Positions 1 through 10,833 of a stretch of 64,000 bases of DNA are shown one piece after another. The translations under genes and the position numbers were made by a program. A model generated the notes under the pieces. It did no database searches. It was not told the DNA's origin and was given only the letters and a program-made list of their open reading frames with translations. The number at the start of each line of letters is the position of its first letter. Position 1 is the first letter of the stretch. Source of the stretch: Eubacteriales bacterium (lineage in GTDB: Bacteria > Bacillota > Clostridia > Oscillospirales > SIG627). The stretch is taken from the NCBI GenBank assembly GCA_045543495.1, contig JAZQMO010000010.1, positions 2,240 to 66,239 on the forward strand. The letters run 5' to 3'.

Positions 1-1296
1 AATGCCTTTCAGTCCTTTAAAAACAAAGGTAAATTAACCCCCGCCGATGTGAAAGTGGGGATGCGGCAGATCAAGCTGGCGCTTCTTGAGGCTGATGTAA
101 ACTTTAAGGTCGTCAAGGAATTTGTGAACCGAGTCAGCGAAAGAGCCGTCGGCTCCGAAGTGCTGGAAAGCCTTTTGCCCCATCAGCAGATCGTCAAGAT
201 CGTGCGGGAAGAGCTTGTGGCCATTATGGGTGAACGAAACGAGAAGCTCACCATTTCTCCCAAGCCGCCTACGGTGGTGATGATGTGTGGCCTTCAGGGT
301 AGCGGTAAAACCACCCATTCGGCAAAATTGGCCAAATGGATGAAGAAGCAAGGGAAGAGACCCCTTCTGGTGGCTTGTGACGTGTACCGTCCCGCCGCTA
401 TCACACAGCTGAAGGTTGTGGGAGAGCAGGTGGAGACCCCCGTCTTTTCCATTGACGATTGCAAGGATGTCGTCCGCATCGCTCGGGAGGGCGTGGCCTT
501 CGCCGAAAAAAATGCTCACGACCTTGTCATTTTGGATACCGCAGGCCGACTCCATGTGGACGAAGAGCTGATGGAGGAGCTCAGAAGGGTGAAGGAAACG
601 GTGAACCCCACCGAGATCCTTCTGGTGGTTGACTCCATGACCGGTCAGGATGCCGTCAATGTGGCCGAAAGCTTTAACAATCTTTTGGATGTCACCGGCG
701 TGATCCTCACAAAGCTGGATGGCGACACCCGAGGCGGTGCGGCCCTTTCCGTTCGCTATGTAACGGGAAAGCCCATTAAGTTTATCGGCGTGGGAGAAAA
801 GCTGGATCAGCTTGAGCCCTTTTATCCCGACCGTATGGCAAGCCGCATCATCGGAATGGGCGATGTGCTCACTCTCATTGATAAGGCGCAAGATGCTTTC
901 GATGAAAAGAAGGCCAAGGAAATGGAGCAAAAGCTCCGTCATAATTCCTTTACCTTGGAAGATTATATGGAGCAGTTCGAGCAGCTGAAGAATATGGGCT
1001 CGCTGGAGCAGCTGATGGGAATGATCCCCGGAATGAATGCGGGCGCCCTGAAGGATGCCAAGATCGACGAGCGGCAGCTGGATCGGACTCGAGCCATCAT
1101 TCAGTCTATGACGCCAAGGGAAAGGCAAAAGCCCGATATCATTAACTCTTCTCGAAAAAAGAGAATTGCCGCAGGCTGCGGTCAAACGGTGGAGGATGTG
1201 AACCGCCTTTTGAAGCAGTTTGAGGCCATGAACAAAATGATGAAGCAGTTGACCGGCAAAAAAGGAAAATTCGGTAGAATGAAATTCCCGTTTTAA
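1..1296 (+). CDS. ffh: Signal recognition particle protein Ffh (5' end outside window)
   Basis: Frame open from base 1 ([17 protein letters not shown]...); [17 protein letters not shown]-loop, DTAGR, TKLDG, Met-rich M domain. Confidence 0.98.
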   Translation, partial: NAFQSFKNKGKLTPADVKVGMRQIKLALLEADVNFKVVKEFVNRVSERAVGSEVLESLLPHQQIVKIVREELVAIMGERNEKLTISPKPPTVVMMCGLQGSGKTTHSAKLAKWMKKQGKRPLLVACDVYRPAAITQLKVVGEQVETPVFSIDDCKDVVRIAREGVAFAEKNAHDLVILDTAGRLHVDEELMEELRRVKETVNPTEILLVVDSMTGQDAVNVAESFNNLLDVTGVILTKLDGDTRGGAALSVRYVTGKPIKFIGVGEKLDQLEPFYPDRMASRIIGMGDVLTLIDKAQDAFDEKKAKEMEQKLRHNSFTLEDYMEQFEQLKNMGSLEQLMGMIPGMNAGALKDAKIDERQLDRTRAIIQSMTPRERQKPDIINSSRKKRIAAGCGQTVEDVNRLLKQFEAMNKMMKQLTGKKGKFGRMKFPF

Positions 1297-1325
1297 GGGT
1301 TTTCTATATAAAAGGAGGTGAAATC

Positions 1326-1571
1326 ATGGCAGTTAAGATCAGACTCAGAAGAATGGGTGCAAAGAAGGCTCCCTTCTACCGTGTTGTTGTTGCAGATTCC
1401 CGCTATCCCCGTGATGGCAGATTCATCGAAGAGATCGGTACTTACAATCCTCTCATGGATCCCCCTGCAATCAATATCGACGTAGAGGCTGCAAAGAAGT
1501 GGATCGCAAACGGCGCTCAGCCTACCGAGACCGCAAAGAGCATCCTCAAGAAGAGCGGCGCAATTGAATAA
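1326..1571 (+). CDS. rpsP: 30S ribosomal protein S16
   Basis: [35 protein letters not shown]; SD AGGAGG. Confidence 0.99.
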   Translation: MAVKIRLRRMGAKKAPFYRVVVADSRYPRDGRFIEEIGTYNPLMDPPAINIDVEAAKKWIANGAQPTETAKSILKKSGAIE

Positions 1572-1585
1572 TCAAGGAGTAAGGT

Positions 1586-1813
1586 ATGAAACAAATACTC
1601 ATTGATATCGCTAAGGCGCTGGTTTCGAAGCCCGAAGAGGTTGTTGTGGTTGAGCGTCAGGATGGAAACGTTCTCCATCTGGAGCTCAGCGTGGCGCCTG
1701 AAGATATGGGTAAGGTGATCGGCAAGCAGGGAAGAATCGCCAAGGCGATCCGTTCCGTTATGAAGGCTTGTGCAACCAAACAGAACAAAAAAGTTATGGT
1801 GGATATCATCTGA
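1586..1813 (+). CDS. khpA: KH-domain RNA-binding protein KhpA (YlqC)
   Basis: 75 aa, GKVIGKQGRIAKAIR KH motif, directly after rpsP. Confidence 0.95.
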   Translation: MKQILIDIAKALVSKPEEVVVVERQDGNVLHLELSVAPEDMGKVIGKQGRIAKAIRSVMKACATKQNKKVMVDII

Positions 1814-1815
1814 CG

Positions 1816-1849
1816 AAAAAAGACAAGGAAGCAATTCCTTGTCTTTTTT
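1816..1849. terminator. Bidirectional intrinsic terminator after khpA
   Basis: AAAAAAGACAAGGAA-GCAA-TTCCTTGTCTTTTTT between convergent genes. Confidence 0.85.
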
Positions 1850-1874
1850 CTTTCTATATATAATATAGTTTGTG

Positions 1875-2288
1875 TCAGGAACCCTTGGAAGCGCCTTTTG
1901 GCCTGATCTGCAAATGGGGAATCCGGCGAAAAAGAAAAATCGCAAATCGTGCCAAAAGAAACCAGTAGAAGGAAAAGAGAAGAGAGATCTGCCCTGCCAG
2001 CTGAAAGGGGAGAGCGGAATAATCCCAAACCCCGAGCCCCAAGCCAAGATTGAGAACCACACCGAAAATGAATTCCAGCTGGGTAATGATCACGGCTGAG
2101 AGCAGTGCCTTCCAAACGGGCCGAAGCCTGCCGCCCCAAAGATCCACCAAGCGGATCAGAACAAGGCAGATCCCGCCCAAAAGGGCCATGGAGGGGTGAG
2201 AATACCCCCGATACAGGATCTCAAGCGTAGGATAAAGGATAAATCCCAAGAAAAAAAGAAGAATCCAAGGGTTCAAACGCTTTTTCAT
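1875..2288 (-). CDS. Small membrane protein, putative ABC-permease/CmpB-like family
   Basis: ~4 TM segments; E..YRGYSH..M and LEF..G..LN......WDYS..PF...GQI motifs; SD GGAGG upstream. Confidence 0.65.
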   Translation of the reverse strand: MKKRLNPWILLFFLGFILYPTLEILYRGYSHPSMALLGGICLVLIRLVDLWGGRLRPVWKALLSAVIITQLEFIFGVVLNLGLGLGVWDYSALPFQLAGQISLLFSFYWFLLARFAIFLFRRIPHLQIRPKGASKGS

Positions 2289-2415
2289 AAATACCTCCCT
2301 GCATTTTTCTTCCTATTTTCTACCGAAAAGGAGGGGGTTATCCTAAAAAAATGCTTATTTTGCGGAATTTTTGCCCTGAAATTGTAAATATTTCTTTAAC
2401 AATTTCAAAAACATA

Positions 2416-2444
2416 TTGATTCTATATCATTAAAAATGTATAAT
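2416..2444 (+). promoter_or_regulatory. SigA promoter of the S10 operon
   Basis: TTGATT-17bp-TATAAT. Confidence 0.75.
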
Positions 2445-2450
2445 TGTCGA

Positions 2451-2667
2451 GCTTGATGTGCGTTGAAGCGGGAGGTTGCTGCGCGAAATCGCAGGTTTTT
2501 CCGCAGAGTATGTCCGACAAATCGGGCGAAAGCGAGCGTATGCTGCTTTCTCCGCCTGGGGCCTTGCCTGAGGCGGAGTCGTTTACTGAGAAAGAAAAGA
2601 AACACCCGAGAGCGTATTACGCTTGCGCTTCCCATCAAGCGAGCTGCTTCTCCACAAGGGAGGAGCA
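2451..2667 (+). ncRNA. Structured rpsJ 5' leader (S10-Clostridia-like ribosomal leader)
   Basis: GCTTGATG(2451)/CATCAAGC(2633) closing stem, inner GAAGCG/CGCTTC and CTCCGCCT/AGGCGGAG stems; starts right after the promoter, ~245-nt UTR. Confidence 0.7.
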
Positions 2668-2694
2668 AATAAAATAAATATAGGAGGCAAAAAA

Positions 2695-3009
2695 ATGGCA
2701 AAGAACGAAAAGATTCGCATCAGACTCAAGGCGTATGATCACACGATCATCGACCAGAGCGCGGAAAAAATTGTTGAGACTGCAAAGCGTCAGGGTTCCA
2801 AGGTGTCCGGACCCATCCCGTTGCCCACCGAGAAGGAAATCGTGACCATCTTGCGTGCAGTTCACAAGTACAAGGATTCCCGCGAACAGTTCGAGCTTCG
2901 CACCCACAAGAGACTCATCGATGTGTTGAACCCCTCTAAGGCTACTGTAGATGCACTCATGTCGATCGAGCTCCCCGCCGGCGTTGAATTGGAATACCAC
3001 TTCGCGTAA
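2695..3009 (+). CDS. rpsJ: 30S ribosomal protein S10
   Basis: [29 protein letters not shown]; start reassigned to ATG 2695 after SD AGGAGG. Confidence 0.99.
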   Translation: MAKNEKIRIRLKAYDHTIIDQSAEKIVETAKRQGSKVSGPIPLPTEKEIVTILRAVHKYKDSREQFELRTHKRLIDVLNPSKATVDALMSIELPAGVELEYHFA

Positions 3010-3077
3010 ACCATTCACCCGGAAAACGAGTCATGTTGGGAAAATCCCAACCAATAACATGTTTTTAGGAGGAAAAA

Positions 3078-3707
3078 ATGAAGAAAGCAATCATTGGCAA
3101 AAAACTCGGAATGACTCAGATCTTTACTGAAAACGGCGCTGTGATTCCCGTAACCCTTATTGAAGCCGGTCCCTGTGCAGTAGTTCAGAAGAAAACCATG
3201 GACAAGGACGGTTACAGCGCACTTCAGCTCGGTTTTTCCGACGTTGCAGAAAGAAAGCTCACCAACCCCGTTAAGGGACACTTTAAGAAGAGCGGCGTAG
3301 TTTACAAGAAGTACCTCAAGGAGTTCCGCCTTGAGAACGCCGAAGAAATGAATGTTGGCGATACCATCTCCGCTTCCGTGTTCGAGGAAGGCGAGAGCGT
3401 AGACGTAACCGGTATCACCAAAGGCCGTGGATACAGCGGTGTTATTAAGAGATGGGGTCATCACCGTCTCCGTATGACTCACGGTACCGGCCCTGTTCAC
3501 CGTCAGCCCGGTTCCATGGGTGTTATCGACCCCGCCAGAATCTTCAAGAACAAGAAGATGGCAGGTCAGTATGGTAACGAGCAGGTCACTGTTCTGAACC
3601 TGAAAGTTGCAAAAATCGACGCGGAAAAGAACATCATCGCAGTTCGTGGTGCCATCCCCGGCGCAAAGAACGGTATCGTGTTCATCCGTGACAGCGTAAA
3701 AGCTTAA
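3078..3707 (+). CDS. rplC: 50S ribosomal protein L3
   Basis: GKKLGMTQIF, KKMAGQYG; operon position. Confidence 0.99.
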   Translation: MKKAIIGKKLGMTQIFTENGAVIPVTLIEAGPCAVVQKKTMDKDGYSALQLGFSDVAERKLTNPVKGHFKKSGVVYKKYLKEFRLENAEEMNVGDTISASVFEEGESVDVTGITKGRGYSGVIKRWGHHRLRMTHGTGPVHRQPGSMGVIDPARIFKNKKMAGQYGNEQVTVLNLKVAKIDAEKNIIAVRGAIPGAKNGIVFIRDSVKA

Positions 3708-3731
3708 TCCAAGAGAAGGGAGAAAAACAAG

Positions 3732-4358
3732 ATGCCTAACGTAAAAGTTTATGATATGGCAGGACAGGTAACCGGTGAAATCGCCCTTTCCGAGGAGCTC
3801 TTCGGCGCAGAAATCAATAAGAGCGTTTTGCACAGCGTTGTCCGCGCATATCTGATCAATCAAAGACAGGGTACTCAGTCTACCAAGACCCGCAGCGAAG
3901 TTTCCGGCGGCGGTAAGAAGCCTTGGAAACAGAAGGGTACCGGCAGAGCTCGTCAGGGTTCTACCCGTTCTCCTCAGTGGACTCACGGCGGTATTGCTCT
4001 GGGACCCAAGCCCCGCACCTTCCATGTAAACGTAAACAAGAAGGTCAAGAGAATCGCTCTCAAGAGCGCTCTTGCTGCCAAGCTTGCAGATAATGAGATC
4101 CTCGTTGTTGAAGGCCTCAAGGCCACCGAGTACAAGACCCGCCCCATGGTGGAGATGCTCCGTGCCCTGGAAGCCGAGAGAAAGCCTCTGGTCGTTCTGC
4201 CTGAGATCGACAAGGTTCTGATCAAGAGCTTTGCCAACATCCCCGGCGCAACCACCTGCCAGGCCAACAACCTCAACGTATACCAGATCCTCAACCACAA
4301 GAAGCTTATTATCTCCAAAGAGGCCGTTGAAGTAATGGAGGAGGTTTATAAGGCATGA
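3732..4358 (+). CDS. rplD: 50S ribosomal protein L4
   Basis: [33 protein letters not shown]. Confidence 0.99.
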   Translation: MPNVKVYDMAGQVTGEIALSEELFGAEINKSVLHSVVRAYLINQRQGTQSTKTRSEVSGGGKKPWKQKGTGRARQGSTRSPQWTHGGIALGPKPRTFHVNVNKKVKRIALKSALAAKLADNEILVVEGLKATEYKTRPMVEMLRALEAERKPLVVLPEIDKVLIKSFANIPGATTCQANNLNVYQILNHKKLIISKEAVEVMEEVYKA

Positions 4359-4651
4359 AAACAGCTTACGATATTATCTTAAAGCCGGTGATCACCGAGG
4401 CTTCCATGACCGCCACCGCTGCTCAGAAGAAATACACCTTCCGTGTAGCAGGCGATGCCACCAAGATCGAGATCGCTCGCGCTGTTGAAGAGTTGTTCAA
4501 AGTAGAAGTGAAGTCCGTAAATACGGTTTCCATGAAGTCCAAGGCAAAGAGAATGGGCGTTCACCTGGGTAGAACCAGCGAGTGGAAGAAGGCCATTGTA
4601 ACCTTGACCGAGGGCTCCAAGACCATCGAGTTCTTCGATGGTATGATGTAA
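4355..4651 (+). CDS. rplW: 50S ribosomal protein L23
   Basis: [22 protein letters not shown]. Confidence 0.99.
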   Translation: MKTAYDIILKPVITEASMTATAAQKKYTFRVAGDATKIEIARAVEELFKVEVKSVNTVSMKSKAKRMGVHLGRTSEWKKAIVTLTEGSKTIEFFDGMM

Positions 4652-4664
4652 GGAGGTACGGTAA

Positions 4665-5495
4665 ATGCCTGTAAAGATCTATAAGCCGACTACACCCGGC
4701 AGAAGAAATATGAGCGTGCAGAGCTTTGCCGAGCTCACCAAGAAGGCTCCCGAGAAGAGCCTGCTCGAGCCTCTGAAGAAGCACGCAGGCCGCAACAACA
4801 CCGGCCGCATCACCGTTCGTCATCACGGCGGCGGTAACAGAAGAAAGTACAGAGTCATCGACTTCAAGAGAGCAAATCAGAACCCCGCAACCGTAATTGC
4901 TCTGGAGTACGATCCCAACAGAACCGCTAATATCGCACTGATCCAGTACGAAGACGGCAAGAAGAGCTACATCATCGCTCCCGTAGACCTGAAGGTCGGT
5001 GATGTGATCACCTCCGGTGCCGAGTCCGATATTAAGCCCGGTAACGCTCTGCCCATCGCCAACATCCCCGTAGGTACTCTCATTCACAACATTGAGCTTT
5101 ACCCCGGCCGTGGCGCACAGATGGTTAGAAGCGCAGGTGCTATGGCTCAGCTCATGGCAAAGGAAAACGGTATGGCTCAGGTCAGACTCCCCTCCTCCGA
5201 GGTTCGTTATGTCCGTCTGGACTGCATCGCAACCATCGGTCAGGTTGGTAATCTGGAGCATGAGAACGTAAAGGTCGGTAAGGCCGGTAAGACCAGACAC
5301 ATGGGCATCCGTCCTACCGTTCGCGGTTCCGTTATGAACCCCTGTGATCACCCCCACGGTGGTGGTGAAGGTCGTTCTCCCATCGGTCGTCCCACTCCTG
5401 TTACTCCCTGGGGCAAGCCCACCATGGGTTACAAGACCAGAAACAAGAAGGCGCGCACCAATAAGTTTATTGTAAAGCGCCGTAACGATCGCTGA
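4665..5495 (+). CDS. rplB: 50S ribosomal protein L2
   Basis: [35 protein letters not shown]. Confidence 0.99.
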   Translation: MPVKIYKPTTPGRRNMSVQSFAELTKKAPEKSLLEPLKKHAGRNNTGRITVRHHGGGNRRKYRVIDFKRANQNPATVIALEYDPNRTANIALIQYEDGKKSYIIAPVDLKVGDVITSGAESDIKPGNALPIANIPVGTLIHNIELYPGRGAQMVRSAGAMAQLMAKENGMAQVRLPSSEVRYVRLDCIATIGQVGNLEHENVKVGKAGKTRHMGIRPTVRGSVMNPCDHPHGGGEGRSPIGRPTPVTPWGKPTMGYKTRNKKARTNKFIVKRRNDR

Positions 5496-5512
5496 GAGAG
5501 GAGATACTGATT

Positions 5513-5788
5513 ATGTCTAGAAGTGTTAAAAAAGGACCTTTCGTCCAAGAAAAACTTTTTGCAGCAATCGTTGAGATGAACAACAAGAACGAAAAGAAGG
5601 TTATCAAGACCTGGTCCCGTTCTTCCACCATCTTCCCCGAATTCATCGGTCACACCATTGCTGTTTACGATGGCAGAAAGCATGTTCCGGTATATGTTAC
5701 CGAGGATATGGTAGGCCACAAGCTGGGTGAGTTCGCTCTGACCCGTACCTTCAAGGGACATTCCGGTTCCAAGGTAGCCAACAGCTAA
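5513..5788 (+). CDS. rpsS: 30S ribosomal protein S19
   Basis: [27 protein letters not shown]. Confidence 0.99.
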   Translation: MSRSVKKGPFVQEKLFAAIVEMNNKNEKKVIKTWSRSSTIFPEFIGHTIAVYDGRKHVPVYVTEDMVGHKLGEFALTRTFKGHSGSKVANS

Positions 5789-5810
5789 TCTTAAAGGAGG
5801 AAACTGACAA

Positions 5811-6170
5811 ATGAACGAAACGGCAAAGAAAAGAGCCGTGGCACACAGAAACGAAGTCCGGATTTCTCCGAGAAAAGTTCAGATCGTGCTGGACCTCATC
5901 AGAGGAAAAGACGCTGAGCTGGCAAAGGGAATTCTGAAGAACACCACCAAGAGTGCCGCAGAGCCTATTTTGAAACTTTTGAACGAAGCGTGTGCAAACG
6001 CTGAAAACAATTTCCAGATGGACAAGGAAAAGCTTTTTGTTGCTGAGTGCTACGCCACCGCAGGCACCACCCTGAAGCGCATCAGACCCCGCGCACAGGG
6101 CAGAGCATTCCGCATTCTGAAGAGAGCTTCTCACATCACCATCGCAGTAGAAGAGAAAGGAGGAAATTAA
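5811..6170 (+). CDS. rplV: 50S ribosomal protein L22
   Basis: RISPRK, RPRAQGRAFRILKRASHIT. Confidence 0.99.
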   Translation: MNETAKKRAVAHRNEVRISPRKVQIVLDLIRGKDAELAKGILKNTTKSAAEPILKLLNEACANAENNFQMDKEKLFVAECYATAGTTLKRIRPRAQGRAFRILKRASHITIAVEEKGGN

Positions 6171-6173
6171 GAG

Positions 6174-6944
6174 ATGGGACAGAAAGTAAATCCCCACGGC
6201 CTTAGAGTCGGTGTCATCAAGGATTGGGACTCCAGATGGTTTGCTAAGGATGAAGATTTCGGCGACACTCTTGTTTCCGACTACAAGCTTAGAAAGTATC
6301 TGAAGGAAAAGCTGCAGGCTGCAGGCGTTCCCAAGATCGAAATCGAAAGAACCGCTACCAAGGTTCGTGTTACCATTCACTGTGCAAAGCCCGGTATCAT
6401 CATCGGCCGTGGCGGCGCAGAGATCGAAAAGCTCCGTGCAGAGCTTGAGAAGATGCTCGGCAAGTCCGTTGCTGTCAACGTTGCCGAAGTTAAAATGCCC
6501 GATATGAACGCACAGCTCGTTGCCGAGAACATTGCCGGTCAGCTGGAGAGAAGAATTTCCTTCCGCCGTGCCGTAAAGCTTGCCATCGGCAGAACCATGA
6601 GACTGGGCGCACGTGGTATCAAGGTATGCGGCTCCGGCCGTATCGGCGGTGCAGAAATCGCCCGTACCGAGCACTATCACGAGGGTACCATCCCGCTGCA
6701 GACCATTCGTGCCGACATTGACTACGGCTTTGCCGAAGCCAATACCACCTACGGTAAGGTTGGCGTGAAGATCTGGATCTACAGAGGCGAGGTTCTCCAG
6801 ACTGTAAACCGTACCAACCCCAGAAGAAACGATTTCCGTCAGGATCGTCGTCCCCGTGGCGATAGAAAGCCCGGCGACCGCAGAGGCGGGCCTCGTTTCA
6901 ACAATTCTTCCAGAGAAGGAGGACGCAGAAATGTTAATGCCTAA
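6174..6944 (+). CDS. rpsC: 30S ribosomal protein S3
   Basis: [13 protein letters not shown] domain, [10 protein letters not shown]; Arg/Gly-rich tail overlaps rplP start by 14 nt. Confidence 0.99.
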   Translation: MGQKVNPHGLRVGVIKDWDSRWFAKDEDFGDTLVSDYKLRKYLKEKLQAAGVPKIEIERTATKVRVTIHCAKPGIIIGRGGAEIEKLRAELEKMLGKSVAVNVAEVKMPDMNAQLVAENIAGQLERRISFRRAVKLAIGRTMRLGARGIKVCGSGRIGGAEIARTEHYHEGTIPLQTIRADIDYGFAEANTTYGKVGVKIWIYRGEVLQTVNRTNPRRNDFRQDRRPRGDRKPGDRRGGPRFNNSSREGGRRNVNA

Positions 6945-7356
6945 GAGAGTAAAATTCCGTCGCGTTCACCGTGGAAGATTGACCGGTAAGGCTTATAGAG
7001 GCAACAAGGTTACCAACGGTACCTACGGTCTGATGGCACTCGAGCCCGCTTGGATCACCTCCAACCAGATCGAGGCTGCCCGTATTGCAATGACCCGTTA
7101 CATCAAGCGTGGCGGTCAGGTTTGGATCAAGATCTTCCCTGACAAGCCCATCACCGAAAAGCCTGCAGAAACTCGAATGGGTTCCGGTAAAGGTTCTCCC
7201 GAGTATTGGGTTGCAGTTGTGAAGCCCGGCAGAGTAATGTTCGAGATGGACGGCATCAGCGAAGAAGTTGCAAAGGAAGCAATGCGTCTTGCTTCTCATA
7301 AGCTTCCGATCAAGTGTAAATTCGTAACCAAGGAAGTTAAGGAGGATACACTGTGA
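6931..7356 (+). CDS. rplP: 50S ribosomal protein L16
   Basis: [18 protein letters not shown]; start reassigned to ATG 6931 after AGGAGG. Confidence 0.99.
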   Translation: MLMPKRVKFRRVHRGRLTGKAYRGNKVTNGTYGLMALEPAWITSNQIEAARIAMTRYIKRGGQVWIKIFPDKPITEKPAETRMGSGKGSPEYWVAVVKPGRVMFEMDGISEEVAKEAMRLASHKLPIKCKFVTKEVKEDTL

Positions 7357-7568
7357 TGAAACTTAACGAAATCAGAGAAAAGAATATTGACGAGTTGAAT
7401 GCAGAGCTTGTAGCAAAGAAAGAAGAGCTTTTCAACCTCCGCTTCCAGCACGCCATCAATCAGCTTGAGAACCCTCAGAAGATCGTAGAGGCCCGCAAGA
7501 CCATTGCCCGCCTGATGACTGTGATCCGCGAGAAGGAAATCCAGGCCGATAAAGACTCCGCTCAGTAA
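7353..7568 (+). CDS. rpmC: 50S ribosomal protein L29
   Basis: [18 protein letters not shown]; start GTG 7353 or ATG 7356. Confidence 0.98.
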   Translation: MMKLNEIREKNIDELNAELVAKKEELFNLRFQHAINQLENPQKIVEARKTIARLMTVIREKEIQADKDSAQ

Positions 7569-7581
7569 TTAAAGGAGAATT

Positions 7582-7842
7582 ATGATCATGGATAGAAACC
7601 TTAGAAAGACCCGTGTAGGAAAGGTCGTTTCCAATGCTACCGATAAGACCATCGTGGTTGCAATCGAGGACAACGTAAAGCACCCCCTCTACTCTAAGAT
7701 CATCAAGCAGACCGTGAAGTTCATGGCTCACGATGAGAACAACGAGTGCGGTGTTGGTGACAAGGTTGAGATCATGGAAACCAGACCCCTTTCCAAGAAT
7801 AAAAGATGGCGCCTTGTGAGAATCATCGAAAAGGCGAAATAA
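7582..7842 (+). CDS. rpsQ: 30S ribosomal protein S17
   Basis: [22 protein letters not shown]. Confidence 0.99.
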   Translation: MIMDRNLRKTRVGKVVSNATDKTIVVAIEDNVKHPLYSKIIKQTVKFMAHDENNECGVGDKVEIMETRPLSKNKRWRLVRIIEKAK

Positions 7843-7864
7843 ACCTGATTGGAGGTAACGAAAA

Positions 7865-8233
7865 GTGATTCAGCAGCAGAGCTTAATGAAGGTCGCTGAC
7901 AACACCGGCGCAAAAGAGCTGATGTGCATCCGAGTTCTCGGCGGCACCGGCAGACGTTATGCCGGCATCGGTGACGTTGTAGTCTGTGCAGTTAAAAAAG
8001 CGGCCCCCGGTGGTATGGTAAAGAAGGGCGACGTTGTGAAAGCCGTTGTCGTCAGAACCGTACAGCCCACCCGCAGACCTGACGGATCTTATGTAAGATT
8101 CGATGAAAATGCGGCCGTTATCATTAAAGAAGACAAGAACCCCAGGGGAACCCGAATTTTCGGACCGGTTGCAAGAGAGCTTCGTGATAAAGATTATCTG
8201 AAGATCCTCTCCCTTGCTCCCGAAGTACTCTGA
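7865..8233 (+). CDS. rplN: 50S ribosomal protein L14
   Basis: [34 protein letters not shown]. Confidence 0.99.
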   Translation: MIQQQSLMKVADNTGAKELMCIRVLGGTGRRYAGIGDVVVCAVKKAAPGGMVKKGDVVKAVVVRTVQPTRRPDGSYVRFDENAAVIIKEDKNPRGTRIFGPVARELRDKDYLKILSLAPEVL

Positions 8234-8321
8234 TTCCTGTCACACCGAATAGTAACTTACGGAAGGAGAATGGCGCTGAGCAATCCCGAAGAGAGAATTG
8301 TAGGCAGCGCTTCGTGAGAAA

Positions 8322-8663
8322 ATGAACAATAAGCTTCACATTAAAAAAGGCGATACGGTCGTTTTGAATGTTGGCAGCTATTCCAACAAGTTCACTAAGC
8401 CCGGCACTCCCAAGACCGGTAAGGTTCTGGAAGTCAGCCCCAAGGAAGGCAAAGTGATCGTGGAAGGCATCAATATGGTGTCCAAGCACGTGAAGCCCAG
8501 AAAGCAGGGCGAGAACGGCGGTATCGTGAAGGCAGAGGCTCCCATCAATGCATGCAAGGTTAGCCTCTACTGCCCCAAGTGCGCCAAGGGCGTAAGAGTT
8601 AAGATCAAGGTCGATGGCGACAAGAAGACCCGCGTTTGTGCAAAATGCGGTCAGGAACTGTAA
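8322..8663 (+). CDS. rplX: 50S ribosomal protein L24
   Basis: KKGDTV, VIVEGIN, EAPI; CPKC...CAKC zinc ribbon. Confidence 0.97.
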   Translation: MNNKLHIKKGDTVVLNVGSYSNKFTKPGTPKTGKVLEVSPKEGKVIVEGINMVSKHVKPRKQGENGGIVKAEAPINACKVSLYCPKCAKGVRVKIKVDGDKKTRVCAKCGQEL

Positions 8664-8677
8664 GGGAGGAAAGCAAA

Positions 8678-9217
8678 ATGGCTAAAATGAAAGAGTTTTA
8701 CACCAAAGAAGTTGCTCCCGCTCTTATGGAGGAGTTCAAGTACAAGAGCGTTATGCAGATCCCCAAGATCGACAAGATCGTGGTGAATGTAGGCGCAGGC
8801 GAGGCAAAGGAAAATGCCAAGGTCATCGATAACATTATCGACGATCTGTCCGCTATTACCGGTCAGAAGGCAGTTCCCACCTACGCAAAGAAATCCGTTG
8901 CAAACTTTAAGATCCGTCAGGGTCAGAAGATCGGTGCAAAGGTGACTCTCCGTGGCGAGATCATGTATGAGTTCATCGACCGTCTGTTCCACCTGGCTCT
9001 TCCCAGAGTTCGTGACTTCAAGGGCATCAACCCCGACGCATTCGACGGACGCGGAAACTACTCTCTCGGTATCAAAGAGCAGTTGATCTTCCCCGAAATC
9101 GAGTATGACAAGATTGATAAGATCCGTGGTATGGACATCGTGTTCGTAACCACCGCTAACACCGACGAGGAAGCTCGCAAGCTTCTGGCGCTTATGGGCG
9201 CTCCGTTTGCAAGATAA
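8678..9217 (+). CDS. rplE: 50S ribosomal protein L5
   Basis: [27 protein letters not shown]; start reassigned to ATG 8678. Confidence 0.99.
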   Translation: MAKMKEFYTKEVAPALMEEFKYKSVMQIPKIDKIVVNVGAGEAKENAKVIDNIIDDLSAITGQKAVPTYAKKSVANFKIRQGQKIGAKVTLRGEIMYEFIDRLFHLALPRVRDFKGINPDAFDGRGNYSLGIKEQLIFPEIEYDKIDKIRGMDIVFVTTANTDEEARKLLALMGAPFAR

Positions 9218-9238
9218 GGTTAAGGAGGAAAGAGTAAA

Positions 9239-9424
9239 ATGGCAAAGAAAGCAATGATTCTCAAGCAGCAGAAGAAGCAGAAGTTCTCCACCAGAGAGTA
9301 CACCAGATGCAAGATCTGCGGCCGTCCCCATGCCTATCTTCGCAAATTCGGTATCTGCCGTATCTGCTTCCGTGAATTGGCCTATAAGGGTCAGATCCCC
9401 GGTGTCAGAAAGGCAAGCTGGTAA
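9239..9424 (+). CDS. rpsZ: 30S ribosomal protein S14, zinc-binding type Z
   Basis: 61 aa, CKICGR...CRICFR, KASW. Confidence 0.98.
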   Translation: MAKKAMILKQQKKQKFSTREYTRCKICGRPHAYLRKFGICRICFRELAYKGQIPGVRKASW

Positions 9425-9491
9425 AATACCGGCATTATGTGTTCAAGTGCGCTTCGGCGCAAACTAAATGCAATCAGGAGGAAAAATTAAA

Positions 9492-9890
9492 ATGCAAATT
9501 TCAGACGTTATTGCTGATATGCTCACCCGTATCAGAAACGCAAATGCTGCAAAGCATGAAAAAGTAGATATCCCCAATTCCAATATGAAGAAGGCAATTG
9601 CTCAGATCCTGTTGGACGAGAGTTATATCAAAGGTTTTGAGGTCGTGGACAACGGCAACCAGGGCATCATCCGTGTGACCCTGAAGTACGGTCCCAACAA
9701 GCAGCGCATCATTCAGGGCATCCGCAGAGTATCCAAGCCCGGTCTTCGTATCTACGCAAGCTGCGAAGAGATCCCTCAGGTTATGCACGGACTCGGTGTT
9801 GCCATCGTTTCCACTTCTAAGGGCATCATGACCGATCGTGCTGCAAGAAAAGCAAACGTTGGCGGCGAAGTGCTCGCTTTCGTTTGGTAA
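9492..9890 (+). CDS. rpsH: 30S ribosomal protein S8
   Basis: [29 protein letters not shown]; start reassigned to ATG 9492. Confidence 0.99.
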   Translation: MQISDVIADMLTRIRNANAAKHEKVDIPNSNMKKAIAQILLDESYIKGFEVVDNGNQGIIRVTLKYGPNKQRIIQGIRRVSKPGLRIYASCEEIPQVMHGLGVAIVSTSKGIMTDRAARKANVGGEVLAFVW

Positions 9891-9905
9891 GGGAGGGGAA
9901 GAGAT

Positions 9906-10442
9906 ATGTCAAGAATTGGATTGAAACCCATTGCAGTTCCCGCCGGTGTTAAGGTTACCGTAAACGGTAATGCCGTAACCGTACAGGGACCCAAGGGCAC
10001 CCTCACAAGAGATGTTCATCCCATGATGAAGGTGGAAGTCGGCGCAGCCGAAGTAACCGTATCCCGTCCCAACGACGAAAAGACCGCTAAGAGCCTTCAC
10101 GGCCTGACCCGTACCCTTATTGCCAACATGGTAGAAGGTGTTACCAACGGCTACAAGAAGGAGCTGGAGATCAGCGAAGGCGGCTACCGTGTAGCAAAGA
10201 AGGGCAATCAGATCGTGATGAACCTTGGCTTCTCTCATGACGTGATCATGACCGAGGGCGACGGAATCACCTTCGAGGTTCCCGATGCCAACCACATCAC
10301 TGTTTGCGGTATCGACAAGCAGAAGGTAGGCCAGATTGCTGCCGAAGTTCGTGGTAAGAGACCCCCCGAACCCTACCTGGGCAAGGGTATCAAGTATGTT
10401 GGCGAGCGTATTCGCCGCAAATCCGGTAAGGCCGGCAAATAA
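9906..10442 (+). CDS. rplF: 50S ribosomal protein L6
   Basis: MSRIG, GPKGTL, RPPEPYLGKGIKY. Confidence 0.99.
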   Translation: MSRIGLKPIAVPAGVKVTVNGNAVTVQGPKGTLTRDVHPMMKVEVGAAEVTVSRPNDEKTAKSLHGLTRTLIANMVEGVTNGYKKELEISEGGYRVAKKGNQIVMNLGFSHDVIMTEGDGITFEVPDANHITVCGIDKQKVGQIAAEVRGKRPPEPYLGKGIKYVGERIRRKSGKAGK

Positions 10443-10460
10443 GGAAAGGAGTGGAATAGA

Positions 10461-10820
10461 ATGGTTTCTCGCGTTGATACGAATAAAAAGCGTATTAGAA
10501 GACATAAAAGAGTTCGCGGTAAGATTTTCGGAACCGCTCAAAAGCCGAGACTTTGCGTTTTCAGATCCCTCAAGAACATCTATGCTCAGGTGATCGATGA
10601 CGAAAACGGCAAGACTCTCGCCTCCGCTTCCTCTCTGGATAAGGAATTCAATCAGTACGGCGGCAACAAAGAGGCCGCAAAGCTTGTGGGCCAGGCAGTT
10701 GCCAAGGCAGCTCTTGAAAAGGGCATTACCGAGGTAGTGTTCGACCGTGGCGGGTACATCTTCCACGGAAGAGTTCAGGAACTTGCTGAAGGTGCCCGCG
10801 AAGCTGGGTTAAAATTCTAA
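10461..10820 (+). CDS. rplR: 50S ribosomal protein L18
   Basis: [30 protein letters not shown]. Confidence 0.99.
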   Translation: MVSRVDTNKKRIRRHKRVRGKIFGTAQKPRLCVFRSLKNIYAQVIDDENGKTLASASSLDKEFNQYGGNKEAAKLVGQAVAKAALEKGITEVVFDRGGYIFHGRVQELAEGAREAGLKF

Positions 10821-10833
10821 GGGAGGAAATGAT

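Noticed and set aside
1814-2450. Absence of rimM-trmD-rplS after khpA and of the str operon before rpsJ
   Set aside because: Such rearrangements are common in Clostridia; the genes may lie elsewhere and loss cannot be judged from one window
2444-2694. Short ORFs in the rpsJ leader and the 24-aa N-terminal extension of S10
   Set aside because: Region is better explained as structured RNA; a strong SD supports ATG 2695
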